From the NCBI GenBank assembly GCA_963778655.1, contig CAVZVA010000010.1, positions 141,134 to 205,133 of the forward strand: a stretch of DNA of 64,000 bases, written 5' to 3'. Shown one piece after another: positions 1 to 9,866 of the stretch. The notes beneath the pieces were generated by a model. It had not been told where the DNA came from and searched no databases. It saw nothing but the letters and a program-made list of their open reading frames with translations. The DNA is from an uncultured delta proteobacterium (lineage in GTDB: Bacteria; Myxococcota_A; Polyangia; Polyangiales; JAFGIB01). Made by a program: the position numbers and the translations under genes. The stretch's first letter is position 1. Every line of letters begins with the position of its first letter.

Positions 1-164
1 ATGAGACAGTCCGCCGCCATCCCGACAGGTGAGGAGAGGAAGTCAAGGGCGGAGGAAAGCGCGCACGCCTCGAGCTGACAAGCAGCAACGGCGGCAGGGA
101 TTCGCGCACGGAGCTCGCCGTCGTCGACGACGGCAACCAGGGGCAGGGGGGGGCAGGGGCGCAT
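1..164 (-). CDS. response regulator receiver domain protein (partial, continues beyond window start)
   Basis: In-frame ATG at 164. Translation is MRPCPPLPLVAVVDDGELRARIPAAVAACQLEACALSSALDFLSSPVGMAADCL, showing the beta1 VxVVDD acidic-pocket pattern of REC domains. Cut by the window edge. Confidence 0.45.
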   Translation of the reverse strand, partial: MRPCPPLPLVAVVDDGELRARIPAAVAACQLEACALSSALDFLSSPVGMAADCL

Positions 165-371
165 GGCGCTTGGAAGTCTCGTCGCTCATCTCGGTGCGAC
201 GCGGCTTCGGTCTGGACCGCTCCCAGACTGCCTCATTCCGCCGCAACGCAACGTGATACTTGGTAGCAGCGCGCGTTCTTGCGTGCTGGCAAGGCGACCG
301 ACGACGACCTAACAATCCAAGCCTCGCGCCGCCCTGCATGGGCGTCAGTCGTTCGACTCGACGCTGCGGCG

Positions 372-2123
372 TCACAAATCGATCACGAGCTCTCGAGTCG
401 GTCGAGCGCAGCAAACCAAGAGATTGCCCTGCGCAGGGGCGTCGAGCGGCGCGGGCTCGTACGCCACCGTGCCGGAAATCAATCCGGCCTCGCAGGTGTG
501 ACACACCCCGGCGCGGCAAGACCAGCGAGCGCGGACGCCACACGCTTCGGCCAGCTCCAGGATGCTTCCATAGGCCGACGCCTTCCAGTGTGCGGCCACG
601 CCACTGCGGGCGAAGGACACAAGTGGACCGGTGTCGGCGTCCCCCGCAGGCGGATGCGGTGCTCGCGTTGCCGTACCGACCACACCCGGGGTCATCGACT
701 CGCCACCATCGAAGACTTCGGCATGGATGCGCGCGGGCTCCACGCCAATCACCGCAAGGGACCCTTTCGTCTCTTCCATAAAGCGAGTCGGCCCGCACAA
801 GTAGACCTCCGAGTCACGCGAGAGAGCGACCTCTTCGAAAACCGATCGCGACAGGTGACCGACGGCGTCGAAACCTTCACCTCTGACGTCGCCCGCGCCC
901 GGCCTGCTGTAGCAAATGAAGCTGCGGCCCTGCGGGAGCGCGCGCATGAGGCGGCGGACCTCGGCAGCAAAGGGATGATGCTGTCCATCGCGAGCACCAT
1001 GAAGCCACAAGACCTGCCGCGGCGAGCGGACGTCCGCGAGCGCGTGCAACATTGCCAGAACAGGCGTCGCGCCGATCCCTGCGCTGAGCAGCACCACCGG
1101 CCGCTCTCCGGATTGAAGGATGAAGCTGCCGCGCGGCGAGCTGACGTCGATCTCGTCACCCACCCGAACGTGGTCGCGCACGTAGGCGCCAGCCGCCCCG
1201 TTCTGCTCGATCTTCACGCTGATCCGGTAGCGTTCCGTCGAGCTGGGCCCGGAGAGCGAGTAGCTGCGAAAGAGCTGCGGGCGGCCCGGGGCTCCTCGAA
1301 AGCGCAAGACCACGTACTGTCCCGGCAGGGCGGCCAGCAGTGATCGATGGTCTGCGCTTCGGATCGTCAGCGAGACGACGTCTGCGGATTCGCGATCGAC
1401 CGCTGTGACCGCGACGGGCCGGAACCCTGGCGCAGCCGGATGCGCAGCAGCTGCCGGCACGAGTCCGGCATTGCCGCTCGCTTCACTCTGCAACAATGCC
1501 TCGAACGAGGCACGCCACCCAGGCGGCAGCGCTTCGATGCGCAGTGCACGCTCCAGCCGATCACGCTCGTGGTCGGGCGAATACAACAGCGCGTTGATCT
1601 CAGAGACAGTCATCCGCACCTTCGCCTCGCCCACCTTCACGATCTCGTCTCCTGCGCCCACGTCGCCCTCTCCAAGGACACGCAGGTAGAACCCCGGCCG
1701 CCCGCTGGAGGTCAACAGCGCTGGCATGCGCGGTTCGTTCAGGCGAAATCCGACGCGGTAGCATGTGACGCGAGGCTGGGTGACCTCGAACAGGGCGCTG
1801 CCGATCTGGTAGCGATCCCCGATGCATGCGGCGTCGTCAGGTAGTCCTTCGATCGTGAAGTTCTCGCCGAACTGACCATAGGCGAAGTCATGTCTGCCGA
1901 GGTGTTTTTCCCAGTATCGATAGGATTCGATCTGATAGACGAGCACCGCGCGATGCTCACCGCCGTGCCCGGTGAGGTCGCCTTGGCCGTCTGCCTCGAG
2001 ATTCGTTCTGCCGACGCGACACCGGTCATGCACCGGAGCCTTCCATACGCCGGTGTGGACGGTTCGCCCGTTCCAGGCAACGTCGCGTGGAAGGCCCACG
2101 TTCACAGAAAGCAGTCGCGCCAT
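372..2123 (-). CDS. MOSC domain / FNR-like flavin reductase / 2Fe-2S ferredoxin fusion protein
   Basis: ORF 372-2309; start placed at MARLLSVNVG (ATG 2123). N-terminal MOSC-like region (GDLTGHGGEHRAVLVY, FGENFTIEGL), RSYSLS and GIGATPVLAML flavin/NAD motifs, C-terminal CRAGVCHTC...LVCC 2Fe-2S motif. Confidence 0.85.
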   Translation of the reverse strand: MARLLSVNVGLPRDVAWNGRTVHTGVWKAPVHDRCRVGRTNLEADGQGDLTGHGGEHRAVLVYQIESYRYWEKHLGRHDFAYGQFGENFTIEGLPDDAACIGDRYQIGSALFEVTQPRVTCYRVGFRLNEPRMPALLTSSGRPGFYLRVLGEGDVGAGDEIVKVGEAKVRMTVSEINALLYSPDHERDRLERALRIEALPPGWRASFEALLQSEASGNAGLVPAAAAHPAAPGFRPVAVTAVDRESADVVSLTIRSADHRSLLAALPGQYVVLRFRGAPGRPQLFRSYSLSGPSSTERYRISVKIEQNGAAGAYVRDHVRVGDEIDVSSPRGSFILQSGERPVVLLSAGIGATPVLAMLHALADVRSPRQVLWLHGARDGQHHPFAAEVRRLMRALPQGRSFICYSRPGAGDVRGEGFDAVGHLSRSVFEEVALSRDSEVYLCGPTRFMEETKGSLAVIGVEPARIHAEVFDGGESMTPGVVGTATRAPHPPAGDADTGPLVSFARSGVAAHWKASAYGSILELAEACGVRARWSCRAGVCHTCEAGLISGTVAYEPAPLDAPAQGNLLVCCARPTRELVIDL

Positions 2124-2436
2124 ATTCGCTTCTCCAGCACCGGCGAAGCAGACGCATGCGCCCGCCCGGGGGTTCGCAATACCGCAGCCTCCGGTCGCTC
2201 GTCCTGCATGAGGAACCCGCCGATCGCCTTTGGTGTGAACGGGTTTCCCCGCCGACACGTTTCCATCTCGACCTAATGCGCAATTAGAACCGACCAGCGA
2301 TGATGGCAATGATACGAAGGTCCTCCCAGTTCAAGCCAAGGATTGGTACGGCCGGTGCCGGGCGCTCGATCGTCCACGATCACGTCTGCGTCACGAGCGA
2401 AGCGTGGCTAGCGCCTCATACGAACGGCCCTGTATG

Positions 2437-2562
2437 CGGTACAGCCGAACCAAGCAGCATGTGGTCGCGCGCGTCTTGGCCGACGGAGCGGTGGATTGCT
2501 TGGTCAAGCCGTTCAATGAAGATTCCCTGCTGAAGGCGATCGGTCAGGCGTTATCTGGCTAG
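2437..2562 (+). pseudogene. response regulator receiver C-terminal remnant
   Basis: Short frame ending at TAG 2560 reads ...HVVARVLADGAVDCLVKPFNEDSLLKAIGQALSG, matching the REC alpha4-beta5-alpha5 pattern (GA.D.L.KPF). No N-terminal part upstream. Confidence 0.4.
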
Positions 2563-2979
2563 ACCGAACGCCGCCCGCCCACGTCCCGAGGCTCTGCAAT
2601 GAACGAGCTAGCAAGTTCGCCTCAACGGACATCAGCGACGAGCGCATCAACACCGCTCAGGACTGGCTTCGATTGCACGTAACGCGGATCAGCTGGCTCT
2701 GCTCTCGACTGTGCGGAAAAGAGGGGGATTGGCCGGGGACGGTACCTTGGTCAGGCGATACCAAAGTCCACTATGCAGGCGAGAACAGTGGATCCATCTA
2801 TTTGGAGCATCCAACGTGTGTCGCAACACGAGGGGCTCTCATGGGCTTTGCAACGAAGATCGCGCAGGTACGGTCGAATCGGGCTTCGCGCAGCTGCTGG
2901 CGAATCACACTCGACAACCCTTGGTCAGCAGCGCCGCCGGCCGCAGAGCCGACGTCGAACGTCACTTGGAGCACACACA

Positions 2980-4206
2980 ATGACCAGTGAACACATGCCA
3001 CTAGAAATCGTGCATACGAGCAATTTGCTTCCGACACGCGCTGTCGATGCAGTCCTTGGCCCGTCCGGCCTCCAGGTACTGCCTACGTGGCAGACCGTGG
3101 TCGTCGGCGGCGCTACGCGAGAGCCACCAGTCGCCGGCGCGCCTTCCGACTCACTATTGGGCGCATTCGATCTGATCGCGCGCAGAGGTGAAGGCCCAGC
3201 CAGCTGGGCGGCACCATTGGGCGGGGATCCGATCGCCTTTCTGTTGGACAGTATGAGCGATGCGGCGAACCTGTGGCGGGCGGACGGCACGCTCTGCTAC
3301 CGCAACCGGGCTTCGCTCGCGCTCGGGACAATCGCTAGCGCACCAGCCGACCTCGGCGAAACCGCAAGCGCCATCGAGGCGTTCTACGTGCAGGGTCAAG
3401 GTTTCGAACGCCGTTGCATGCGCTGCCGAATGTGCGCGACGCCCTATGTCCTCGAGGTGATTCGTGAGCTCGCGCGGCCCGAAGCGAATGACGAAGCGAC
3501 AACGGGAGGCGCCTGGCCGAACATCTCCGCCGACGCAGGGTCGGTCGCGGTGAGCCACGAGTTGCGCGGCCGGCGAAACGTTCTCACCTTGAACAGCGAC
3601 GGATTGCTGTGCGCTGCGCGCTCGAGCGGAACCGAGTTGTCGCGCGCATCGCTACTCAGGCGTTTGGAGCGGCTCGATCGCGCGTTGCGCTCGATGCGCG
3701 AGCTCATGGGAAGGGTGCTCGAGCTCCAGCGGAGGCAGCTGGCCGCCGTGTCTCGCCCGCAGGTCGACCTGTGTGCGGTCGTCCTGGAGGTGCTGGATTC
3801 CGAACACAAAGCGCTACGCTCCGCGGGCTGCGCGTGGACACTCGTCACGCCAAAAGCGGTCACGGGCCATTGGGACGCGCGGCTGCTGCGCGTCGCGATC
3901 GGCAACCTTGTGAACAATGCGCTCAAGTTCGGTGCAGGCCGGCCAATCGCGATCAACGTCGGAGAGCGCGACGCCGCGGCGTTCGTACGTGTCGCCGACC
4001 AGGGCAGCGGCGTGCGACCGGAAGATTACCAGTCCATTTTCGAGCGTACGAGCGGACGGGCGCGCGTGAATGGGTGGGGCCCGGGGCTGTGGCTGGTGCG
4101 CAACATCGCTCGGGCCCACGGCGGCGACGTGACTGTACGCAGCGCGCCGGGCGAAGGCGCAGCGTTCACCTTGAGCTTGCCGCGCCAGCTCACCGGCACA
4201 CGGTAG
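2980..4206 (+). CDS. sensor histidine kinase (soluble; HisKA + HATPase_c)
   Basis: ORF 2773-4206; start moved to ATG 2980. H-box VSHELRGRRN, N-box NLVNNALKF, G-boxes DQGSGV and GWGPGLWLV. Confidence 0.8.
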   Translation: MTSEHMPLEIVHTSNLLPTRAVDAVLGPSGLQVLPTWQTVVVGGATREPPVAGAPSDSLLGAFDLIARRGEGPASWAAPLGGDPIAFLLDSMSDAANLWRADGTLCYRNRASLALGTIASAPADLGETASAIEAFYVQGQGFERRCMRCRMCATPYVLEVIRELARPEANDEATTGGAWPNISADAGSVAVSHELRGRRNVLTLNSDGLLCAARSSGTELSRASLLRRLERLDRALRSMRELMGRVLELQRRQLAAVSRPQVDLCAVVLEVLDSEHKALRSAGCAWTLVTPKAVTGHWDARLLRVAIGNLVNNALKFGAGRPIAINVGERDAAAFVRVADQGSGVRPEDYQSIFERTSGRARVNGWGPGLWLVRNIARAHGGDVTVRSAPGEGAAFTLSLPRQLTGTR

Positions 4207-4496
4207 TCCGCGAAAACACACTGGCGAACTGGTCCCGTTTCAACCGACTCTACATGGGACCAGCTCACACCTTCATAGATTGTGGCCTACGCTTAGCTAG
4301 TACCATGCCCACGGCTTCGCAAGGGCGTCCATGATCCTTTGGTATCGGTCCAAACCCGAGCGTTGCGAGCTGCACCGCGGGCGCGGAGCGCATGCGCGAC
4401 GCCCCTCAGCGCCGATGCGCCGTTACGCGTGGTCAACGAGGCACTGGCGCGTTGCCAGCGCCCACGGTTGGCACGCCGCCGTCGGCGGCAGTGCCC

Positions 4497-4666
4497 TTAC
4501 AGGCGACATCGACGACCTGGCGCTGCGCGTCGGTGAGCCATGCGATGGGATTGAGTTCCGCGGCTGCCAACAGCTCCGACACCCGCGTCTCGGAATACTT
4601 GCAGGAGACTTCCGTGCGGATGGCCGCCCACGGCCCCAGCTCGAGTCTGTAACCGGCCAGAGTCAC
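4497..4666 (-). pseudogene. SAM-dependent methyltransferase C-terminal fragment (EgtD-like pattern)
   Basis: Minus-strand ORF reads ...LELGPWAAIRTEVSCKYSETRVSELLAAAELNPIAWLTDAQRQ, resembling the I.TE.S.KY...W.D C-terminus of EgtD-type methyltransferases. No upstream domain present. Confidence 0.3.
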
Positions 4667-4804
4667 GGTCTGCTGCTAACCAAATCCCCGATGGCGTCGC
4701 CGGGATCTGCGAGGATCGACCGTCGATCTGCGCCAGGTAATATTTGGGCAAGCGCGTGATCTCATTGAACAGCTCACTGCCACCATCGTCGCACGCTGGC
4801 CGAG

Positions 4805-5067
4805 TTGCAAAGAGACGAGTCGCCGGAGTACACCGATCCCGAGCACAACCCCATGATTCCTCACACGCTCGTGCTGGAGCGCGGCTTGCGCGTCTACAAG
4901 ATCCACAACGGTCACTGGTTCTTGGGGCGGCCGACGGTGGAGAAGCTGCGGCTCTACGCGCCGTGTTACTGCGTTGCTGTCCCGACTGGGACATCAACAG
5001 CGCGGGGCAGCGAAGTGCTTGGGCGAATGGCGACGAGACGAGGTTCTTCCCGTACGGAATACCGTAG
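4805..5067 (+). pseudogene. redoxin/AhpC-like family C-terminal fragment with frameshift
   Basis: Frame 2 reads EYTDPEHNPMIPHTLVLERGLRVYKIHNGHWFLGRPTVEKLR. The continuation LRAVLLRCCPDWDINSAGQRSAWANGDETRFFPYGIP is in frame 1 (shift near 4948-4953). The thioredoxin-fold part is absent. Confidence 0.4.
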
Positions 5068-5106
5068 GCGCAACTGTTGGCCGAAGAGGACTGACGCGGA
5101 GTTGTC

Positions 5107-6480
5107 GTGAAACAGTACGACGCGATTATCATCGGTGCTGGACAGGCAGGCCCGCCGCTCGCCGGCCGCTTGACTCGCGCGGGCATGAAGGTCGCGCTGA
5201 TCGAACGCAAACAGCTCGGCGGGACCTGCCTGAACACGGGATGCACGCCCACCAAGACGCTGGTCGCGAGCGCGTATGCCGCGCACCTCGCGCGCCGCGC
5301 TGCGGACTACGGCATCATGGCCGGCGACATCCGCATCGACATGCCGCGCGTCAAGGCGCGGGCCGACAGCGTCGTAACGAATTCGCGCGAGGGCCTCGAA
5401 GGCTGGTTGCGCAGCATGCAGCATTGCACGCTGATCAATGGCCACGCTCGCCTCGAAGGTCCGACACGCGTCCGCGTCGGTGACGTGCAGCTGACTGCGT
5501 CGCGCATTTTTATCAACGTCGGCGCGCGCGCGCTGGTTCCGGAGCTGCCCGGCGTCGATCTCGTGCCGTACCTCCTGAACACTTCGATCCTCGCGCTCGA
5601 TCGCGTGCCGGAGCACCTGGCTGTGATCGGCGGCAGCTACATTGGGCTGGAGTTCGCGCAGATCTTTCGTCGCTTCGGCGCGCAGGTCACGGTGATCGAG
5701 AAGGCGCCGCGGCTGATCGCGCGCGAAGACGAAGACGTCTCAGAGGCGATTCGCGACATCTTCCTGCGTGAAGGCATCGGCGTACGCACCTCGGCCGAGT
5801 GCATCCGCTTGGCTGCGCACGAACGTGGCGTGGCGGTCGGGCTCGAGTGCCAGGAGGGGCCGCCAGAGACGATCGCGACAGACGTACTCCTTGCCGTGGG
5901 TCGCGTGCCCAACACCGCTGATCTAGGACTGGAGCTCGCTGGCGTCGAGACAGACGCGCGCGGCTACATCGTGGTCGATGACTCGCTCGCGACGAACGTG
6001 CCTGGAATCTGGGCGCTGGGTGATTGTAACGGCCGCGGCGCGTTCACGCACACGTCTTGGAACGACTATGAGATAGTCGCAGCGAATCTGCTCGATGGCG
6101 CGCACCGACGAGTGAGCGACCGCATCGTCGCTTATGCGCTATACATCGATCCGCCACTCGGACGCGTCGGGAAGACCGAAGCGCAAGTGCGCGAGAGTGG
6201 CGTCCCATACTCCGTCGCCGTGCGACCGATGACGCACGTCGGCCGTGCGATCGAGAAAGGCGAGACGCTCGGCTTGATGAAAGTCATCGTCGACCCCGAA
6301 ACGCAGGCCATCCTGGGTGCCGCGATCCTCGGGACCGGTGGCGACGAAGCGATCCACGGTGTCATCGACATGATGAACGCGCACGCGAAGTACCCCGTGC
6401 TGCAGTGGGCGGTGCCGATCCACCCGACGGTGTCGGAGCTAGTCCCGACGCTGCTCACAGAGTTGCGTCCGACTCGCTGA
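5107..6480 (+). CDS. FAD-dependent pyridine nucleotide-disulfide oxidoreductase (mercuric reductase / dihydrolipoamide dehydrogenase-like)
   Basis: GTG start. IIGAGQAGPP FAD fold, redox-active GGTCLNTGCTPTK, second fold VIGGSYIGLE, C-terminal dimerisation region. Confidence 0.85.
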   Translation: MKQYDAIIIGAGQAGPPLAGRLTRAGMKVALIERKQLGGTCLNTGCTPTKTLVASAYAAHLARRAADYGIMAGDIRIDMPRVKARADSVVTNSREGLEGWLRSMQHCTLINGHARLEGPTRVRVGDVQLTASRIFINVGARALVPELPGVDLVPYLLNTSILALDRVPEHLAVIGGSYIGLEFAQIFRRFGAQVTVIEKAPRLIAREDEDVSEAIRDIFLREGIGVRTSAECIRLAAHERGVAVGLECQEGPPETIATDVLLAVGRVPNTADLGLELAGVETDARGYIVVDDSLATNVPGIWALGDCNGRGAFTHTSWNDYEIVAANLLDGAHRRVSDRIVAYALYIDPPLGRVGKTEAQVRESGVPYSVAVRPMTHVGRAIEKGETLGLMKVIVDPETQAILGAAILGTGGDEAIHGVIDMMNAHAKYPVLQWAVPIHPTVSELVPTLLTELRPTR

Positions 6481-6794
6481 CTGAACCGAGCGCAGCGCGC
6501 TCGAAGATGCTCTGGAAATGCTGAGGCCTCACGCCTTCGGGTGCGCTTGCGTCCAGTCGCCCTCGAGCTGCAGCTCGGGCTGGTGGGGGCCACGGCGCGC
6601 GTTCCCATGCCGGCCGCTCGGTGTCGCGGTTGCGGTCCAACGGGTCGGAAAACCTACTGGCAGAAACTGGCAGATGATCGCAACGACGACAATACGATCG
6701 TCCAATGGCATCGGGCTTTCGCAGGACGCAAGCTCTGTGCGAAGACGGGCCGCTTCTACGCGCCCGCAGATTCAGACACAAAAGGAGCGTTGTC

Positions 6795-7520
6795 ATGGCA
6801 AAGATACTTTTCATCGTGAGCGGAGCTACGTACTGGGTGCTCAAGGACGGCACGCGGTACGCCACGGGTTACTGGGCCGAAGAGTTCGCGAAACCCTACA
6901 GGATCATCACCGACGCCGGTCACGAGGTCGTGGTCGCGACGCCCAACGGCGTGGTGCCGAACGTCGACATGATGAGCTTGCGGCCAGAAATGGCTGGCGG
7001 CATCCAGGGGGCCCTCGAGCTGGAGGCAATCATCCGATCTGCCGAGGTGTTGCGTAGACCGTTGAAGCTGTCGGACGTTCGCCTCGAGGACTATGACGCA
7101 GTCTACCTGCCAGGCGGCCATGGGCCGATGGCGGACCTGGCTTTCGACGCCGACGTTGGACGGTTGCTGACCGCACAGCTCGCCTCGGGCAATCCACTCT
7201 TCATCGTATGCCACGGTCCGGCCGCGATGCTTGCCACCAGAATCCACGGCGTGTCGCCCTTCAAAGGCTATCGCGTCACGGGCTTTACCAACGAGGAGGA
7301 GGAGGCGGTCGGGGTCGCTTCCATGTCCACGTGGCTCTTGGAGACGGACCTCAAGAAAAAGGTCGGCGTCGAGTTCAGCCGCGGCCAGATCTGGGCACCT
7401 TACATGGTCGAGGATCGGAACCTGGTCACAGGGCAGAATCCTGCGTCCGCCGCCGTCCTGGCGAAGCGGCTGCTCGATGTCCTCGAGTCCAGAGAGCCTC
7501 GAGTGAAGAACGTCGCGTGA
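6795..7520 (+). CDS. DJ-1/PfpI family protein
   Basis: AAAGGAG RBS upstream of ATG 6795. FIVCHGPAA nucleophile-elbow motif. ORF 6705-7520 trimmed to MAKILFIV. Confidence 0.8.
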   Translation: MAKILFIVSGATYWVLKDGTRYATGYWAEEFAKPYRIITDAGHEVVVATPNGVVPNVDMMSLRPEMAGGIQGALELEAIIRSAEVLRRPLKLSDVRLEDYDAVYLPGGHGPMADLAFDADVGRLLTAQLASGNPLFIVCHGPAAMLATRIHGVSPFKGYRVTGFTNEEEEAVGVASMSTWLLETDLKKKVGVEFSRGQIWAPYMVEDRNLVTGQNPASAAVLAKRLLDVLESREPRVKNVA

Positions 7521-7780
7521 AGACCGGCGGGGCGCGTGCACGGCCGTGAGCCCGCTCGATGACGAGCGAGCCCGTTCGCGCACGCGTCCCCGTCGCGTCA
7601 GCGTAAACCTCGACGATAGCCAGGCCGACAGGAGCATGCCCGTCAGGTACCAATCTTGGCGTTGGGGCCGCGGGTGCACGGCACCCGCGCTCGCCGCGTT
7701 TGCCGTCACGGGCTTGTGTCGAACCCCCGTGTCCATCGTGGGAGACGCCTCGTGATCTTGCCCTTCGACCGCGTCGCCAC

Positions 7781-8345
7781 TTACACCCGCAGTCTCGTCC
7801 GGGGCGTTGACCGGAAGAAGTTGAGCATGCCACCAAGACGCTTGCGGCGCAGAACGCGTCCGGTCGCCGCCAGCTCGTGCTCCGGCGGCTCGATCAGGCG
7901 GTTGTCGAGCCCTTGATGATTTCGTTCTGCGTGAGAGTGCGCGACGTATTCATAGACGAGCTCCCGAAGATGCCGCGCGCCGCGCGCCGGCAGCCGCACG
8001 CTCTTGACACCGGAGCCGACAAGCAGCGCGGAACCCGACAGTGAACACCGGGGTGCGGTCCGTGATCAGGTAGCGGTGACCCGTCAGACAGCCGTCGAAG
8101 GCGTCGGTCAAGTTGCGCGCGATCTGTCGCATCCATCCATCGTAGGTTCGCGAACGATGCCCGCGATCTCCACCCTTCGGCGGGCCAGATCCATGACGAC
8201 AAGCACGTGGTATCGGACCAAGCCGACCAGCGTGAGCACCTCGACCGTGAAGAAGTCCATGGCCGCGATCGCATTCCAGTGAGCGCGCAGGAACGTGCTC
8301 CGACGCGTCTGCTTGCCGCGTTCGGGTGCGGGCTCGGTCCCATGT
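7781..8345 (-). pseudogene. DDE transposase (integrase-core/rve type) remnant, 5'-truncated and frameshifted
   Basis: Minus-strand frames read ...[44 protein letters not shown]...[27 protein letters not shown], and in another frame LRELVYEYVAHSHAERNHQGLDNRLIEPPE...RRKRLGGMLNFF. Confidence 0.6.
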
Positions 8346-8360
8346 GCGCGCCTACGGCTT

Positions 8361-8858
8361 TCACAGCGCCCAGAGCCTCATCGCGTTGCTCTTCCTTTTG
8401 ATGGCTGAGTTGAAGCAATACCAGGCGATTCGCTCGAGGTTCGGATCGGGGTAACAGTCCTTCTGGGGGTAACGCGTGATGTCGCCGTCGTAGAAGGCCG
8501 TGCGCGTGCCTGCGCGGGCGGCGTATTCCCATTCTGCATCGGTGAGCAGGCGATAGCCGGTGCATTCGTAGACGCTCGGAGCCGTCAGCGTCACCGAGGC
8601 ACAGGTCATTCCCTCGCCGACCGTGCCGGTGCAGTCGTTGAGTACGTAGCAAGAATCAAACCCCGTGGTCTCCGAGAGTTTGTTCGCATACGCAAGTGCT
8701 TCGTACCAGGTCACGTGACCGACCGGGCATTCAGCTTCCAGACAGTCCACCACACCGTGGGCGGTATCCTGCTCGCTCGGGTTGCCGAACCCGAGGGCTA
8801 TCCATTCGCTCTGGGTAGTTTCGTGTTGCCGGACCTCGAAGGCATGAGTCAGAGTCAC
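8361..8858 (-). pseudogene. formylglycine-generating enzyme (FGE-sulfatase/SUMF1) domain fragment
   Basis: 165-aa ORF with HVTWYEALAYANKLS, GYRLLTDAEWEYAARAGT and IAWYCFNS, followed by an unrelated tail. No signal peptide and no C-terminal third. Flanked by the IS remnant and the repeat block. Confidence 0.6.
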
Positions 8859-8907
8859 GGCTGCTTCATCCTCGACCTGCAGGGGGTGACCCCATTCCGA
8901 TGTATCC

Positions 8908-9359
8908 GGGCATATGGGGACGGTCCTCGATATATCGATTGTTGTATTGGTGGAGGGGACCGTGGTAGGCGAGGTGCTCGATGCCGCGAACTGCGCGCGT
9001 GAGGTTGGCTGGAGGGGTGTCCCACGTGGTGTCGCGGTTTGCGCGGGGGGTGGTGAGCAGGTGGTGAGCTACCACTACGGTCAGGCGATGACGACTCCAG
9101 CAGAGCTCGACGAGCCAGCGCGCACGCTGGGACGGGCATATGGGGACGGTCCTCGATATATCGATTGTTGTATTGGTGGAGGGGACCGTGGTAGGCGAGG
9201 TGCTCGATGCCGCGAACTGCGCGCGTGAGGTTGGCTGGAGGGGTGTCCCACGTGGTGTCGCGGTTTGCGCGGGGGGTGGTGAGCTACCACTACGGTCAGG
9301 CGATGACGACTCCAGCAGAGCTCGACGAGCCAGCGCGCACGCTGACGGCGCTGCTCTCT
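8908..9359. repeat. tandem duplication (2 x ~226 bp) of the left-end half of a MITE-like element
   Basis: GGGCATATGGGGACGGTCCTCGATATATCGATTG... starts at 8908 and again at 9134. Copy 1 has an extra 11 nt (CAGGTGGTGAG). Confidence 0.8.
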
Positions 9360-9522
9360 GGTCGCCGCCGCCCACGTCCGCGCACCAAGACCAAGGCCAC
9401 GGCCGATGCGCTGCCGGTGCGGTATCATGTGGACGTGCAGGAGACCTGACCTGTGCTGCGAGGGGATGGAGTGGAAGCGAGAAACGTAGGTTATCGAAGT
9501 ATCGCGGACCGTCCCCATTTGC
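9136..9522 (+). mobile_element. candidate non-autonomous (MITE-like) element with ~30-bp imperfect terminal inverted repeats
   Basis: Left end GCATATGGGGACGGTCCTCGATATATCGAT versus reverse complement of right end GCAAATGGGGACGGTCCGCGATACTTCGAT (26/30 identical). No credible ORF inside. Confidence 0.45.
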
Positions 9523-9688
9523 ACTGGTCGCCGCCGCCCACGTCCGCGCACCAAGACCAAGGCCACGGCCGATGCGCTGCCGGTGCGGTATCATGTGGAC
9601 GTGCAGGAGACCTGACCTGTGCTGCGAGGGGATGGAGTGGAAGCGAGAAACGTAGGTTATCGAAGTATCGCGGACCGTCCCCATTTGC
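9358..9688. repeat. tandem duplication (2 x ~166 bp) of the right-end half of the same element
   Basis: CTGGTCGCCGCCGCCCACG...GGACCGTCCCCATTTGC occurs at 9358-9522 and 9524-9688. Further CCCCATTTGCC pieces follow to about 9746. Confidence 0.8.
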
Positions 9689-9866
9689 CCCCCATTTGCC
9701 CCTCCGACGGCTGGTAGCGAGTCCGTCCCCATTTGCCCCCATTTGCCTCCGGCAATTGCCCGGCCGAGTCCTGGTACAGGACGGGCATCGCAGGTAGCAT
9801 GCGAGGCGCGGGCACATCCCGTCGTGGCGAGCTCGCCGACGCGTGCGCTGCCTCGGGAGGCATTCG

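Noticed and set aside
146-153. A G8 homopolymer sits in the 5' region of the partial response-regulator gene and could be a phase-variable frameshift site.
   Set aside because: An ATG at 164 is already in frame with the receiver-domain translation, so no frameshift is needed. The out-of-frame ATG at 189 belongs to a shadow ORF.
9207-9449. An 80-aa ORF inside the MITE-like unit could be a small transposition protein.
   Set aside because: The translation is Arg-rich and motif-free, and the frame is not conserved between the duplicated halves. It is treated as non-coding.
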